DNA of 64,000 nucleotides from Tubulanus polymorphus. Its lineage: Eukaryota > Animalia > Nemertea. Each line of letters starts with the position of its first letter. Position 1 is the stretch's first letter. Under the pieces are notes generated by a model, which was given only the letters and a program-made list of their open reading frames with translations, was not told the origin of the DNA and did not search any database. The position numbers were made by a program, and so were the translations under genes. Shown one piece after another: positions 13,366 to 26,671 of the stretch. The DNA lies in NCBI RefSeq assembly GCF_964204645.1, contig NC_134026.1, forward strand, positions 30,042,150 through 30,106,149, written 5' to 3'.

Positions 13366-15363
13366 TTATTTCGCTCGTCCTTTTTTAGATTTCTTAATCG
13401 GCGATGGCGACTTCGTGCCCTGAAAAATAACCCCGTAAAAAGTAACAGAACTTATTCAAACAAAGTCGAGTTTCTGGCGGTTTTATTTTTGGACACTTTT
13501 TGCTACATCAAAATACCTTTTTAGCTTTTATTTTCTTAGCAGTTCCGTTTGCTTGTTGTTTCTTGGCGTTTGACTTGGCTTTCTTCTTTGGTCTATAAAA
13601 AGACAGAATTATAGAGCTAAATTCAGAAAACCCTTTTGTGGAACAAGGCCAAGATGGATATTAAAGACCGATGAATATTAAATACAGAAAGCTTTACCGA
13701 TTAATTAATTCACTTTATGAAAGCTGATTCTAAATCATCTTAGAAATGCGTATTTTTGTTTCACTCTGCATTCATCCTTATGTAATTTTTGTTTTATTCT
13801 CTAAGCAATTGCAATTTTGGTGGAGTATTTGTTAGTTCGAATTCTAATTCCACTAATGGCGATTGATAGCTGCAAACCGAACTTACTTCTCCGGAGAATC
13901 CTCGTCATCTTCCTCTTCTAATTCTTCATCCGATATTTCTTCCTGAAAGAGAAACGAGCAAAAGATGAAGATTCCTCCTTTTCAGCAGCCATAATTTACA
14001 ACGACTTTACCTCTTCACTTTCTTCTTCTGCTTCCTCGTCCTCCTCATTGTCCTCGTCCATACTTTCATCGTCTTCATCGCTTTCGCCCTTTTTCTCTAG
14101 TTTACCTCTCTAGAATATGAAACAAATCGTTGTAAACATTCGCTTATTTTCGGCCATTTGTAATTATACATGTACCATTTTCTTATGTTTTCCTTGTAAA
14201 TGTATTACACTGTAAATGACCTGAGTTTATAGGAAATAAAGTAAAGTAAAGTAAAAATGTAAAAATAATACACCGAAATCAGTAAGCTTTTAGTTGTAAC
14301 TGTAGCGTCGGTTTTACCTTGCTTTTCGGTTCTGGTGCCGTTTTGGCTTTTCGTTTTTTCGTCCCGTTTGTTGCATGTTCTATATCTTCCTCTTCCGTGA
14401 TGACAATTTCATCCATCGTATCTTCCATCGAGGATTCTCCTAACTGTTCATCCGGGTAATCTATCGTGTACACAAGATCTAGGTTACGTGAAATAAATGA
14501 ACAAATTCCACAATATAATTTCATTCGATAAAATTCATTAAAATGGAATAACGCTTTAGCAGTTAATAACAGCCGTCATCAGGTGGAATGCAACTTTCTA
14601 CTTTGATGGATGTTAGTCAACAGCCGAAACGTTGTGCTTTCATTTTGAATTCGATCGCATAAAACTCTATTGCGAGACTCCTTCATTTATACAGTTGACA
14701 CGGATGACTGATGATACGTGAGTGAACTTACCTACAACATGTTGACCAGAAAGATGTATTGGACCAGAACCTGATATAAGATGGAATTTGACCGGACAAA
14801 AATGATCCATACTTATATCAAGTAATGTCTGAAATTATGGACAAGACAAAATTAGAAAAAAATAGAATTAAGATGATTGATGATTAATCTGAAGCAATGA
14901 GTACGTAATTACCATGTTGTTTTTTCCGGGGATTAATGATAGAATTGGTTGTTTAATGGGTTTTCCTTCGAACATTTCGGTTTCAATTTCGACGACATTG
15001 TTTTCTCCCTCTTTGGCGTCCGGTCCACAAACGGCCTGAAACACGCAAAACTCAATTTATATTTATCAGTTATATAAAAAACGAATTGTATTACAACAAA
15101 AAAACTTACATGGCGTAAAAATAGAGTGTGCGCCATATAATCAGCGTCTCCTTCTTCCTCGAGGAATGTCCATTCTACAACTCTGTTTTCAGCATTCAAT
15201 GTACATCCTGGAAAACAATGAAGATATCAAATAAAACATGTATCAAACACTGAAGTAGCAAGAGACGAATAGTTGAGATGATGGGAGTAGTTGAATTACC
15301 CCAGAAATATTCCTTTGCGTCTCCTTTGGCAGCGGATATGCTTGGTTGTCTAGATGTACTCAT
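13366..15363 (-). CDS. NPM: Nucleoplasmin/nucleophosmin-family histone chaperone; exons 15300-15363, 15110-15207, 14913-15035, 14732-14828, 14318-14460, 14011-14109, 13887-13942, 13517-13592, 13366-13419
   Basis: All exon phases join. Core EYFWGCTL...HTLFLRHAVCGPDAKEGENNVVEIET...VKFHLISGSGPIHLSGQHVV is followed by long acidic tracts, a TKKRK NLS-like motif and a basic tail ending KKSKKGRAK*. Confidence 0.9.
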
Positions 15364-15399
15364 TGCGGACTCTGCTATTGGTGTTCACTAGACGAGGTT

Positions 15400-16000
15400 G
15401 CACGCAGATCTGATATCTCTACCTCACACCTATCGGAGCAAACTTAATTCACGGTCAATTTCACAAATCACACATGTGCATCGCCGCGGGTCCCACTCTG
15501 GCCATGCTTAGATTATTTTGAATATAACCGGTCCTTTATGGAATAAAATGCCTCCTTGGGATTAAGAAGGATTCTATATCAAATGTTAAAGCTCGACGTC
15601 TCAACTGAATGAGTAAGATGTGCCTCACTAAACTCAGATCACCGAATCGGCTTTACTCAAGCCAGGGCTGCCCCGTCACAGGTGGCGGCCAGTTTTCGTC
15701 GGAGCAGCGCATAAACCATGAAGGTGCATCACATCCTTTTTGTGCAAACGTCCCGAATCTTTGATCTGCGATGGCAACCGAACGGAGAAATGCCTGTATA
15801 TTTTTCTAATACTGATCCTATCAGTCTGTTATCCCGGAACCCGGCCAGATCGTTCAATAGGCCAAATCCGGCTTTTATATATAAGTCCTATTCCGCGCTT
15901 TCCGGATATACACAGCTGTTGTTTACTTCCGGTTCTATAAGTTGACGTGTCGCAATGTCGTTAAAACACATCTTGTAACTGATGCAATGCCTAAAATCGA
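15400..16000. promoter_or_regulatory. Shared divergent promoter region between the nucleoplasmin-like gene and SIL1
   Basis: Head-to-head genes with ATGs about 930 bp apart; CpG-richer; ETS-type ACTTCCGG at about 15925; SIL1 5'-UTR donor gtaagt at about 16189. Confidence 0.55.
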
Positions 16001-16294
16001 ATGTCTAGATAAAATCGAGAAGTTTCTGATTATAGACACAAACATTTAGATATTGTAGAATATACTCGTCGTGTTTGTGTGAATCAAAAATACTGTGTAC
16101 TGTAAATGTGCTGTTCTGGAATATCAATTAAATCAATTTATTGCCAATTGGTCATTTTTGGCTTGTTTTTGGATGATCGTTTTTTTATGGTAAGTTTCTA
16201 GTTTCTTTTTATTGTTTATACCTGTGAATTCGTGTCTCTAATTACTATAACTATCTATTTCAGAAAAGTTACAAATTCCAATAATTGTGAGAAA

Positions 16295-18999
16295 ATGGAA
16301 CGGCTTCAATCGAAATATTTCAAACTGATGCTGGCACTTCTCTTCATTTTGATGTCAAATTGTCTTCCTGAATCAACAGAGGAGAAAATCGATGAAAATG
16401 AATCTAAACATGATGGTGCATTAGTAGCTGTTGAAACTGAGGAGGATGAAGGAAAATTAGACCCTGGTAAGTGGGGATTTTAATCAGTAGTAACTGTAGC
16501 TGTGACGTAGCTTTCATTGATATCCAATATGGTTTTTTGATTGGCAGGTGACAATTCTGAAGATGTATTAACGGGTGAAGTGTTTTATCCAACTCATGAT
16601 TGGCAAACTGTTAAACCAGGTAAATCTATCATATGATCCTTAGGTGTAGTCAGTTATGACAGGGTTTCACAGACACAGAGTTCTTACAATCAGGGAATAT
16701 CGAACCTCTCGAAAAGAGATAGCCCCCGCTAGAGATATCTCATGACTTAATCATAACGTAATCATAATATAACTTCATTTTTAGTTTATGGTCAGGGAAA
16801 GATAAGGAAATTTGGATTCCCTGATCTATAAAAACCCTGGTTCCACTGTGATCTCATTTTGTACAATGTTCTGTGTGGTTTTAAAGGACAAGCAATTCCA
16901 CAAGGTCTCCATGTTCGTATGAACTTAGAAACGGGACTTAAAGAAGCAAAACTAATGGAAGGAGACGATGGGATGAAATATTGGAAGAAAGGCGATAAAA
17001 AAGGTGATTATTTAACGATAAATCAGCAGCGATTCATGAGACTAATGCATCAGTTTATTTGATGTTATGTTTGGTTTCAGGAATGGTAAATACGGATAGT
17101 AAATCATTTACTATCAATGAACTGAAGAAAGCATTAAAGGATTTCAAAGCGGATTCCGACGACGTCCAAGATGAAAATGTAAGTTGCGTAAAAAGATTTC
17201 CACTTTGAAGTCTCAATCGGAAGTGAATCTCAATTCAAAATAGCTGTTTTTTATTGGTTGTAGATAAAAAATGAAGCTTTAAAGAAGAGTTTCCGAAGTT
17301 ACGACGAACTGAAGCAAGATTTCAAACAGATGAAACTCAATGTCAAAACTGATAATGAGATTATTAATGAATTAATGGCTCAATATCAATCAGCAAATAT
17401 CAATGTTGATGATAAATTAACAATTCTTGAAGATTTAGAATATCACTTGCATCAGGTGAGTTTCTGACATTTTGAATGCTCTTGTGGACCTTGTGCTAGA
17501 CCCTAGTTAATGTTTTGCGTTGCTTACTGCCTTATCCTATGGTATCCTATAAACATCTCTCCCATAATTGGTTGGATAAAGACAAGTTTTCCATTTGAAA
17601 ATGCTGTATCTCACTCTATCAACGAATTCCTTTATATGATACGTCGCTTAATATGCCTTTTCAATGATATAAATGCCCTCTGATGTATCACGAAACCTTC
17701 AAACGTAGATCTTGGATCACTAAACTGTTATTTTTCTAGATACTTACATTGAATTTTTTACTTCTAGATTGATAATGCTCAAGATTTTGTGAAGATGGGA
17801 GGTTTAGAACTTTTGATGAAGGATCTGAATAATACAGATGAATCAGTTCGCAGTCATGTTGCGTTAGTGCTTGGTTCCAGTATGCAAAAGTGAGTACATG
17901 TACATAGATAGACCTGATAGACGACTCCTGAGTGCTGAAAACAGTTGCTTGGATGTTATTTCTTTCTAGAGAGAGAGATGTCTGATTAGTTAAATGATTA
18001 GTTATGATGACTGATTAGTTAAAACAAACTAATGGAAGAATATCTGGGCAGCTTGGCTGTAGCACCATATAAGCTTCATCGTTGTTAAAATGTTTTTTCA
18101 AATCTGCTCTTATTACTGTGTAAACTATTTGTTCTCTATTTCGGTTTTATTTTACAGTAATCCACGAGTCCAGATAAGTGCATTACAAACAGGATTATTG
18201 CAACACCTCATACGAATGTTAGCTACTGAAAAATCCGTAAAACTCAGAAGTAAAATACTCTACGCGTTATCCTCGTTGGTTCGTCAATTTCCGTTCGCTC
18301 AGAAAAAAATGTTAGAACTCGGTGGAGTTCACGTTTTAGTTGCGCTCTTCAAAGAACGCAATATCGAAAAGCTTCAACTAAAAGGAGTGATTTTGATCAG
18401 CGATCTACTTGAAGAAAAGGTTAGATTTAGCCATAAAAAGATACAGTTATAACTAGTTATAACGCTAGAATGAGCTTTCACAGTAGTCTTGATTTCTGGG
18501 AGAAGTTCGTCGACAAAAATGGATTCATCTATCGTTATTTTTCATTTATTTTTAGCATTCACTATTAGAAAATCGAAACAAAAATCACGAAGAAAGAATT
18601 AAACAGTATTCAGAGTAAGTATCAATATACTGCGGAATCTGAGAAATAGTGATACTAATCCTAAATCCACTTTCATTTATATACCAGGTACAATGATTTT
18701 TTGTATTGTTTAGGGTGCTATTGCTGGAAGCTTTGATCGATCAGAATTGGTGCGATTTATTTCCGAATCTACTCAATATACCGGAACATGATAGTCGAGA
18801 AAAAGTCCTAAACGCTATGTCTACGCTAGTGAAACCGTGTAGGAATAAATTCAATAAAGTTCTTCCGTCGTTGACTAGACTTCGTACGGAGTATGAAAAC
18901 TTGGCAGCGCAAGATCAAGATCAGGATAGTTACTATACCGATGTATATGAAACAGTTAACAATGTGATCAATAGACTGGCTGAAAAAGATGAATTATGA
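16295..18999 (+). CDS. SIL1: SIL1, ER nucleotide-exchange factor for BiP; approx. exons 16295-16466, 16548-16619, 16887-17003, 17081-17178, 17264-17455, 17768-17889, 18158-18419, 18556-18614, 18715-18999
   Basis: Signal peptide; [36 protein letters not shown] signature; LEDLEYHLHQIDNAQDF; SNPRVQ; ALSSLVRQFPFAQ armadillo region; C-terminal KDEL. Confidence 0.95.
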
Positions 19000-19474
19000 T
19001 AGAAATAATCGCATAAAAACCATTAGTCACAAATTCCACATTCCAGTATGAGGAACTACTGGTATATTCATATCAGAATCAAGTCTTTCTTTTGGGTGTC
19101 ATTCATAAATGACGTACACCTCTGGGGAGGTGGAGTCATGAAGTACCTACTTCTCATTATGTACATAATGCTTAAATAATTTTGCATACATACTTAATGA
19201 ATGACCACCAATATATTTATAGATGAGCAATTTTACGTATTTCAGAATTTACATGATGTAATCATTTGTATAAAAATAAAGGTTTTTCAATATTCTACAT
19301 GTATAATCATTAGCTTTGAAGAGTTGTTGAGGAGCTGTGTTATCAAACTGTAGGACTATGCAGGATAGCGCATTTTGTAATATAAATTACAAGCTTTCAT
19401 AACTGCATAGTAGATTCATCAGGTAAGTTATTCACCTGAAGCTACTATTCCAAGCAGTGAAAATTCGTAATTTA

Positions 19475-19693
19475 GGCCAAAAAAATTGATACCTTGTTTC
19501 TCCGCTCTGCTGAGCTTAAATGTTGACCCGGCCGGCCGCCTATCTACCCTATACATTACTTTTTTTTAAATCGTGATCAATTTCACCATAACAGACCCGG
19601 CCGCTATGGAAATGAACTGTTTATAAATTTTATCATATTTTACAAAAATGACCCGGCCGCTGCGGAGAAACAAGGTATCATTTTTGTTTAGCC
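19475..19693. mobile_element. PIF/Harbinger (Tourist-like) MITE, family A, copy 1
   Basis: TIR GGCYAAAAAAATTGATACCTTGTTTCTCCGC...GCGGAGAAACAAGGTATCATTTTTGTTTAGCC; TTA target duplication; near-identical copies at 35136 and 37783. Confidence 0.88.
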
Positions 19694-20079
19694 TTAGGAT
19701 AAAATCAGTGAACCTATAAAAACAAATGCAGCCACATCCTTTTTCCGTGAATACGCCATCTTGACAGCCAAATAGATCCTTGTAGGTAAGTATGAAGTCA
19801 TTGATTGAATTTTTTGCTTCCTAATTTCAAGTACGAGTCGGACGCTTTCAAAGAATGACAAAAAGAAGTATCATACACAGAGAATGAGATGGATAGCTTT
19901 ATTATGTAAACACGTATAAATCTATTTCTATCACAACTGAGAGAATGGCAGTGAAATGATTTTCTCTAATGATTCTATAAACTGTTATTAAAATAGATTC
20001 CTACTGTATCGATACAAAGGGAAATTACAACTTTTCATTTAAAACATAACAATGATGATATTAGTTATCAAACAGATTA

Positions 20080-20259
20080 CAGTCAACCCCCGATATACCG
20101 CCCTCCCATTAACCGCCACCCCCGCCTACCGCCAGGTCTTCCCGGATGTACATCTCAATACAATTACGTAGTTAAACACCCCCGATACACTGCCATACTC
20201 TCTATACCGCCAAAATCGTTCTGCACCGATGTGAGTGGTATATCAGCGGGGGTTGACTG
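20080..20259. mobile_element. Tc1/mariner (pogo/Tigger-like) MITE
   Basis: TA|CAGTCAACCCC...GGGGTTGACTG|TA with internal ACCGCC repeats. Confidence 0.8.
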
Positions 20260-20583
20260 TATAATGAAATGAAGATTGTAGACTGGTTACTCTTTGCGCT
20301 TTAAGAGATTATATTTGCTCAATTAATTTGGACGGATTGAATAAACCGATGTGAATCTGCTGTCTGTAACCTGCACCCCTTTGCATATTATCGCCATCCT
20401 TCAAAAACCAATCATCAAGGGAAAACACGAGGCAATTAATTTGAGAATTATCTGCAGTTTCTTTACCTCAAGACTTCAGACATCAAAAGGTGTGACCGTC
20501 TGAAGGGGTCTAGGTACAGGCTGCACTAGTCATCCGATATCTTCATACACAACACGTAAACAGTTATAAATAATTGACTGAAT

Positions 20584-22651
20584 TTAACGAGTGAACATCG
20601 ATATTTCATTATTATCATAACCAGTAACGCAGAAACTGGAACCATCGGGTTTAATGAAGCTGGCTCCGACTAGTTGCTGATCAGTGATACAATCAGTGAA
20701 TCTATGTTCAATCTATAAAACGAAAATGATAACAATTTTATTTATGAATGAACGTATTGGAACGCTGAAGAGTATTAAATGTGTGGGGAACTTACGTGTG
20801 GAAGAGCTCCAGGTTTGATCAGCCAAACATTAACAAAGGAATCTTCAGCAGCTGACAATAACTACAATTATAAAACACTTGAATTTATGTGTTTATAGTG
20901 TTTATTCGACAACTAACTTGAATTTATATTTCCAATGTCTACTGAATAATGACGATTCAATTAATGTTATTCTATAGAAACTCAAATGTTTACTTACCAA
21001 GCCGGACGCGCGATTAAAACTAAGCGCTGTAATCCATCTAGCATGAGCGCTAACTTCGGCTCCTATTTTACCGGTATTTGAATTATAAACACGTATGTGA
21101 CCAGAACCATATCCACCGACAACAACATCGTCGGACAAGCATAACGACGAACACGGAGACCTGAATTAACAAACTTATAGTCAATAGTCGAAGGGATCTT
21201 CGGATCGCAGGGTACTTATCACAATTAATTGATCATTATTCATACTATTATCATCACATGTAACGAGTCCCCGTGTTTTATAGATATAGAATTGATAGTT
21301 ACCCAGATCCAGATATAGAGACTGTTTTAATCAATTTAGATCCATTCTGTTTCCACAGTATTATGTTACCCTCGCTATCGCTGCTGGCCATTTTATCTTT
21401 ATACGAAGCCAAATCACATATTGGATACTGATGACCTGATATAGATATCATACATTACGACAATGATTTCTGTATTAATGAATTTCTCGATTGATGTTAT
21501 AACTGAAGGGTAGGAAATATGAAATACCTTTTAATTCTTCAGAAACAGTTATATTTGGGCCTTTAATAGGAACACGGAATGCAAGGATCAGAGATGAACT
21601 TGTACCTACGAATAATAGAATGAGCAGGCAGGGTCAAAATGAACTCAGAAATGTTCACATGTTTCGCATCCTTAAAACAGGCTTTTTTCACGGGATTTCT
21701 CATATTTTTTCATGCTGAGGTACAATAACATAAGCAGTAACTGATCTGAAGGCATATAGTTCCATAGCATGTAGCATAAAAACCAGGACTTTCCTAATTG
21801 TTCACAATTTGTTTAGCAGACGTCCATTTTTCACATCAATCTGACCTTGATCTGGTTGTATGATTGATATTACTACAAGATGTTGATTGAATACTCACCT
21901 ACACAAATGATATCATTGCCAACTGCACATATACCTCGTGCAAAACAAACTTGGGCTGAAAATAAAACGCAATCTCATAATTCGCTTGTTCCTTTTTCTT
22001 TAAGATTTTGATCATTGTATGGATATTAATTCTATGAAAAACTTTAGCTACCTGCCATATTACTAGGATCTGTTAATGCGTGCCAATGTAACATTACAGA
22101 ACCATCTCCTTCATACATCTATAATAACACAATATCACATTCATATATCAATGTATTGAACTGAAGGGCATTGTTCTCAAATTTATATGGTTCTTTAATG
22201 CAAACCTGAATTCCTTTTTGAGATGTAGCAACCAAAACTGTGCGTTCCCCTAACTGAATCAGTTTAGCCTTTAAATAGAAAGGTAAATAAAACAGATTAT
22301 TCCGACTGCTAAATAAAAGCGTGTTTGAAAAATTCCCAGGCAAGAATTGACTGGAATTTATAGTTTCTCCAAAAGGATTAAGTCATTGACATCAATATAT
22401 GGGGTGACATCTTGAAGCGTTCATACCTGCAAAACAAGTGGCTGACCGTGTGCAGCAGTTGGTTCTTTGAAAATGACTTGTTTGTGAGTTGGGGGTTCAT
22501 TTTCAGTGCCTGTAGTAACGAGTATTACAACTGCCTTGTAAACCACGGCATAAACAGATGGTCCATTAACATCTTTATTAATTACACTCAAGTTATTGCA
22601 CATAGATGAGGCACAGCCTCTGATGACGAGAGATTTATCTCTTCGATACAT
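20584..22651 (-). CDS. WDR54: WD repeat-containing protein 54; about 9 exons (approx. 22427-22651, 22206-22268, 22051-22117, 21899-21955, 21528-21604, 21302-21435, 20998-21160, 20795-20860, 20584-20712)
   Basis: MYRRDKSLVIRGCASSMCNNLSV, LVATSQKGIQMYE...HWHAL, FARGI, GYGSGHIRVY...AHARWITAL and SAAEDSFVNVW match the recalled WDR54 sequence. Confidence 0.9.
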
Positions 22652-23871
22652 AACAACTGTCAAGTCTATTTCTACTTCCTGGTTTCTGTCAACTAGAGCT
22701 AACCCTGGCAAGTTACCAAGACTGGTTCCCGCTTACAAAATTCAATCAAATTAAAATATATTTCTCATTGCGGTATTCAGATGATTGTCTTACTTTTCTT
22801 GTTTCCTCCGCTTTTAACCATGTATCAGTCACAAATGGTAATTTGTTTATGCAACCGATTAACCACGTTATCTTGTCTAAATACCAGTCACCCCGATCTG
22901 TTCGGAACAACGGTCAGGTTGGCCGGAACGCTCAGATTCTTCGAAGTTCACATACTTTCGGGGACCTCAAGACTGACACGATCAAACATCGACGTTTTTC
23001 ATGAAAATCTCAGTAATAGTGTGTTCATAGGGTATCTTGGAAGAGTGGCCTACCAATATTTGACTTCTGGAAGGGTACTTTCAGGAAATTGGTCTGGAAC
23101 TCACTTTCTTCACTTCAGAACCAGTAAGTTAAAGACATTCACTTCAGAACAAAGTAAAGACAAACAAACCAATCTCATCCTACAATTTATTTGTCACGAA
23201 TTAAGTGCCATGTATACAATTTATTCCTCACAAAACAACTGCAAAATGTACCTTTTAGAAAGGGATTTTTTGTTCGAGAATTTAATGGTTCATTATTCAA
23301 AGAATTATCAACAGAAATGCTTGATCCAGATAAAAAATGCAAAATGAGACGCGTGTGTGAAAACCACTGATTAATTCCATAAACTAGAGTTTAATTTCAA
23401 ATTTTAAGTATTAAATGCCAAGTTCTAGCAGCAGCAGCAGTAGTAGCATAATACAAAGCACAAAATATCTGTCAAATATACACAGAAAAATACATTACAA
23501 TAACGAATGCTAAAGTACACGTGAAAATTTCAACTTCAAATTCTGAATATTGATAGATATTTTGTACCGATAAAACTCGTACTTTAAAGTCACAAACTTG
23601 AGTAAAATAAGCACTACAATTCCGGGGGGTCGGGGCACCGGTCTAAGTCTCATCGTTAATACTACAGTACATCAGCACCAAAAATACATTGACCGGAACC
23701 GAATCGGTTTTTAGGTTGAGACAGAATAGTGTAGTAGTCGACAATTTATTGTTCTGTAGTCGTAAATAATGCAGCGCCCCGAAAACTGTCTTGGATACAA
23801 AGCAAATGAAAGGATTATTTATACATGTGCATCATAACCATCCGTGGTCATCATCATAACCGATATGTGAT

Positions 23872-25089
23872 CTAACGATCGTAGACAGCATCACCGCGGG
23901 ATACAGTCGCTATAGTCGCCGGCAAGTCCAACTCGTCGTAATCTGTCGCCTGACATTCACCAGCGATTCCGTCTAACTTTTTCTTTACGGTATCCTTCGT
24001 TGAAGCGAATAACATTTTATCCTTTATAGAAGCTTTATCGGGTGCCCTGAAATACATCGAAAAAATACTCGAATTTAATACAAGAAAAGTTTATCTACAC
24101 AATCACAGGGTCCGATCTAAGGAATGAAAGCCATTTGCCCGGGCAAGCATATCTGATATTTTGCTTGCCCCCCCCCCCAAAAGCTACTTGCCCTACACAG
24201 GCAATCCGATTGGTGGCATTATCATCCGTTGTATCGTGGGAAAAAAGTTTTATGACATAAAATTGCACTAGCCCGGGGGGAAAGTGATAATGATAACCTA
24301 CTAGCCCTGAGGAGAATATATACTTGTCCCGGGCAATAGGACAAGTGCTTAGATCGGACCCTGCAATTATGAGATGTATGTAAATCCAGGTGATTTCCCT
24401 ATGGTGAAGTTTTAGGTCTACTAGTCATCAGAACTGAATGCACTTTGGTCCGGAGACATTTCAGTGTTGGCCATCTTGGAACTTGGTCCGAACTACAGCG
24501 AACATGTTCAGGTGCGTAGTCGACTATATTTCCAGGCAGTACACTTAGATCGCAAATATAGTTGACTAACTGCGATAACCGAAGTTTGCTGCAAGAATCT
24601 AACAGGGATCATGTCAGAGTCAATCGCTCGGATCTTACATGTTGGAACAGATCGCCAGATTATTTATTTGGGAATCAATCCAAATCATCTTAAGAGTCAG
24701 GCAATGGCGTACATTCTTCAAGCGCAATACAATATTACAATATCATCTATGAATCAATGACAGTTCTCATATAGTTTACATGATACAATGGCCCACATGG
24801 CTAAGCATTTGATCAGTAACCCATTTTATCAATACAAGGTGAAAAAGAGGGCGACCCCAGGCTGCCAGGGCCCCTAGCCCTAGTAGCCCAGGGCAAGTAT
24901 CAATGTATACATTTAACAGGACTTGGACATTAGCACAGATAACTTGGGTCTGTCATTGTTACTCTTTGTTTGTCATGACCAGACAGTCTAATAACAGTAG
25001 TGCATTACCTAACCACAGTAAAGTCCACAACTAATAACAATTCAAAGAAACAAAGAAAGTGACGTCATCATGAGAGGTGATGAGTAACA

Positions 25090-25125
<36 letters not shown>

Positions 25126-25491
25126 TTACCACGCGACCAATATCACTTTAGTTCGTAATCCTGATGATTTCATGTTGTAATATAAATCATATACCGCATA
25201 TCTACAATGTTTCTCTGGAAGACTTTCGCTTAATTTTTGCCAATCTTCTCTTTCCTTATCGTAATCAATCTCGCTGACTTTGTTCACGTCCTGCGACGGA
25301 AAAAGTGTCAGATCTTCATCTATCTCGATTTTTTCCAAATTCTTGGAAAATTTGAACGCCACAGCTTTCAGCCGCTGATCCGGGAATTTTTTTTTCATCT
25401 GATGCCCTTGTTCAGATTTACTAGATCCACCTTTGAGCTCTCTGAATAAACTTATAACATCATCATCGACCGTTACACCAGACATCGCCAT
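23872..25491 (-). CDS. CFL: ADF/cofilin family actin-depolymerizing factor, 178 aa; exons 25130-25491 and 23872-24046
   Basis: MAMSGVTV, CRYAVYD, KVILVAW|APDKASIKDKMLFASTKD and QATDYDEL motifs; a phase-2 intron splits the Trp codon. Confidence 0.93.
24106..24363. mobile_element. TIR-bounded non-autonomous element (hAT-like CAGGG ends) in the cofilin intron
   Basis: Perfect 16-bp TIR CAGGGTCCGATCTAAG...CTTAGATCGGACCCTG; internal CCCGGGCAA motifs; no clear TSD. Confidence 0.7.
25091..25121. repeat. (CA)n microsatellite next to the cofilin 5' splice site
   Basis: About 15 CA units seen directly. Confidence 0.9.
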
Positions 25492-26671
25492 GTTGACGGT
25501 AGTATGTGTCAGCAACTCGCTCCTCCGCCGGTGAGAAATTGAAAACTGGGAGGACCGGCTAGTAATTATTCACGACCCGATTACCATATATGGAAATGGT
25601 ATGCTCCAGCATAGCGAAATACGCACGCACGATGGTAGCTGCTGCCATCTACTGGGTATGCAAATTCAAATCAGATTTTATTGAGACAAATCAGCAAATA
25701 AATACAACAAAACATAAATATGAAACACAAATTTATTTTCAACATAACTTTATAAACTCATTACGTTTAATATTTTCTCTTACTACAGAGTTTTTAGATT
25801 GCCAAAATTGTCGAACAGAAAGACTTGTAAATGTACATCAATTGATACTCATCATTAACTTAAAAAAATGAGTCACATGATGATTTCGCCAATAACTAAC
25901 ACTAGCAGAATCTACTGCAATTTTTGACTTTGCCACAATGGACTCCCTTCTTGCATAGACCAGCAAAAATACATTAAAAGATGTGTAGCCTAGCTAGTGT
26001 TCTATTCAAAGCCAATGCGAATTATTTGGTGAAATTATTTTAGTCAGGTCTGGATAGTTGATACTCCCAACAAATCTTTATCTATCAAACAACATTTATC
26101 GGTAGCAAATAAAGTGAATAAGGTGTAAATCATGAAGAGAAACTATGAGAAATAACTTTTCTATCTTAACATGCAATTTACCAGTAGCAGCTTCTAATAA
26201 ACCTGTATCAGTCAATTCTGAAATTGTGATATGTGATTATAGGAAGGAGATATAGGCGTGTTTGTATATTGAATCATTATGTGGACATTGGACCAGCCTG
26301 TTTATGTACATTTTACACTTGTGGACACAATTCTATCCCTGAATTCCAATCAATTATATTTATTCCTTCAAAATTTCTAAGAACATTCACCTGCTTTGAC
26401 TCCTTATTACAGTAGACTCACGATCTAAACTGCACGAGTTGGTGAATTTTTCTAAAACCTTCGTTTTCCCCGATTCAGAATTCTGTACTGACCCTCGATC
26501 TGTATCATTCATTCTTTCACTGATTCTCTAACTTGTTATAGCACCATAACATAAGACTAATTGAATAACTCGGTTCAGGAGCCTCAGTATTCGTTCAACA
26601 CATTGAAACTCTCATTTTTCTGCGCTCAGTTAATGCTATTTTAAAACCTACAATAATGAGATTCATTGTTG

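Noticed and set aside
22781-23347. 188-aa + strand ORF between WDR54 and cofilin
   Set aside because: Non-ATG start, no recognisable motif, overlaps the WDR54 promoter and the cofilin 3' UTR antisense
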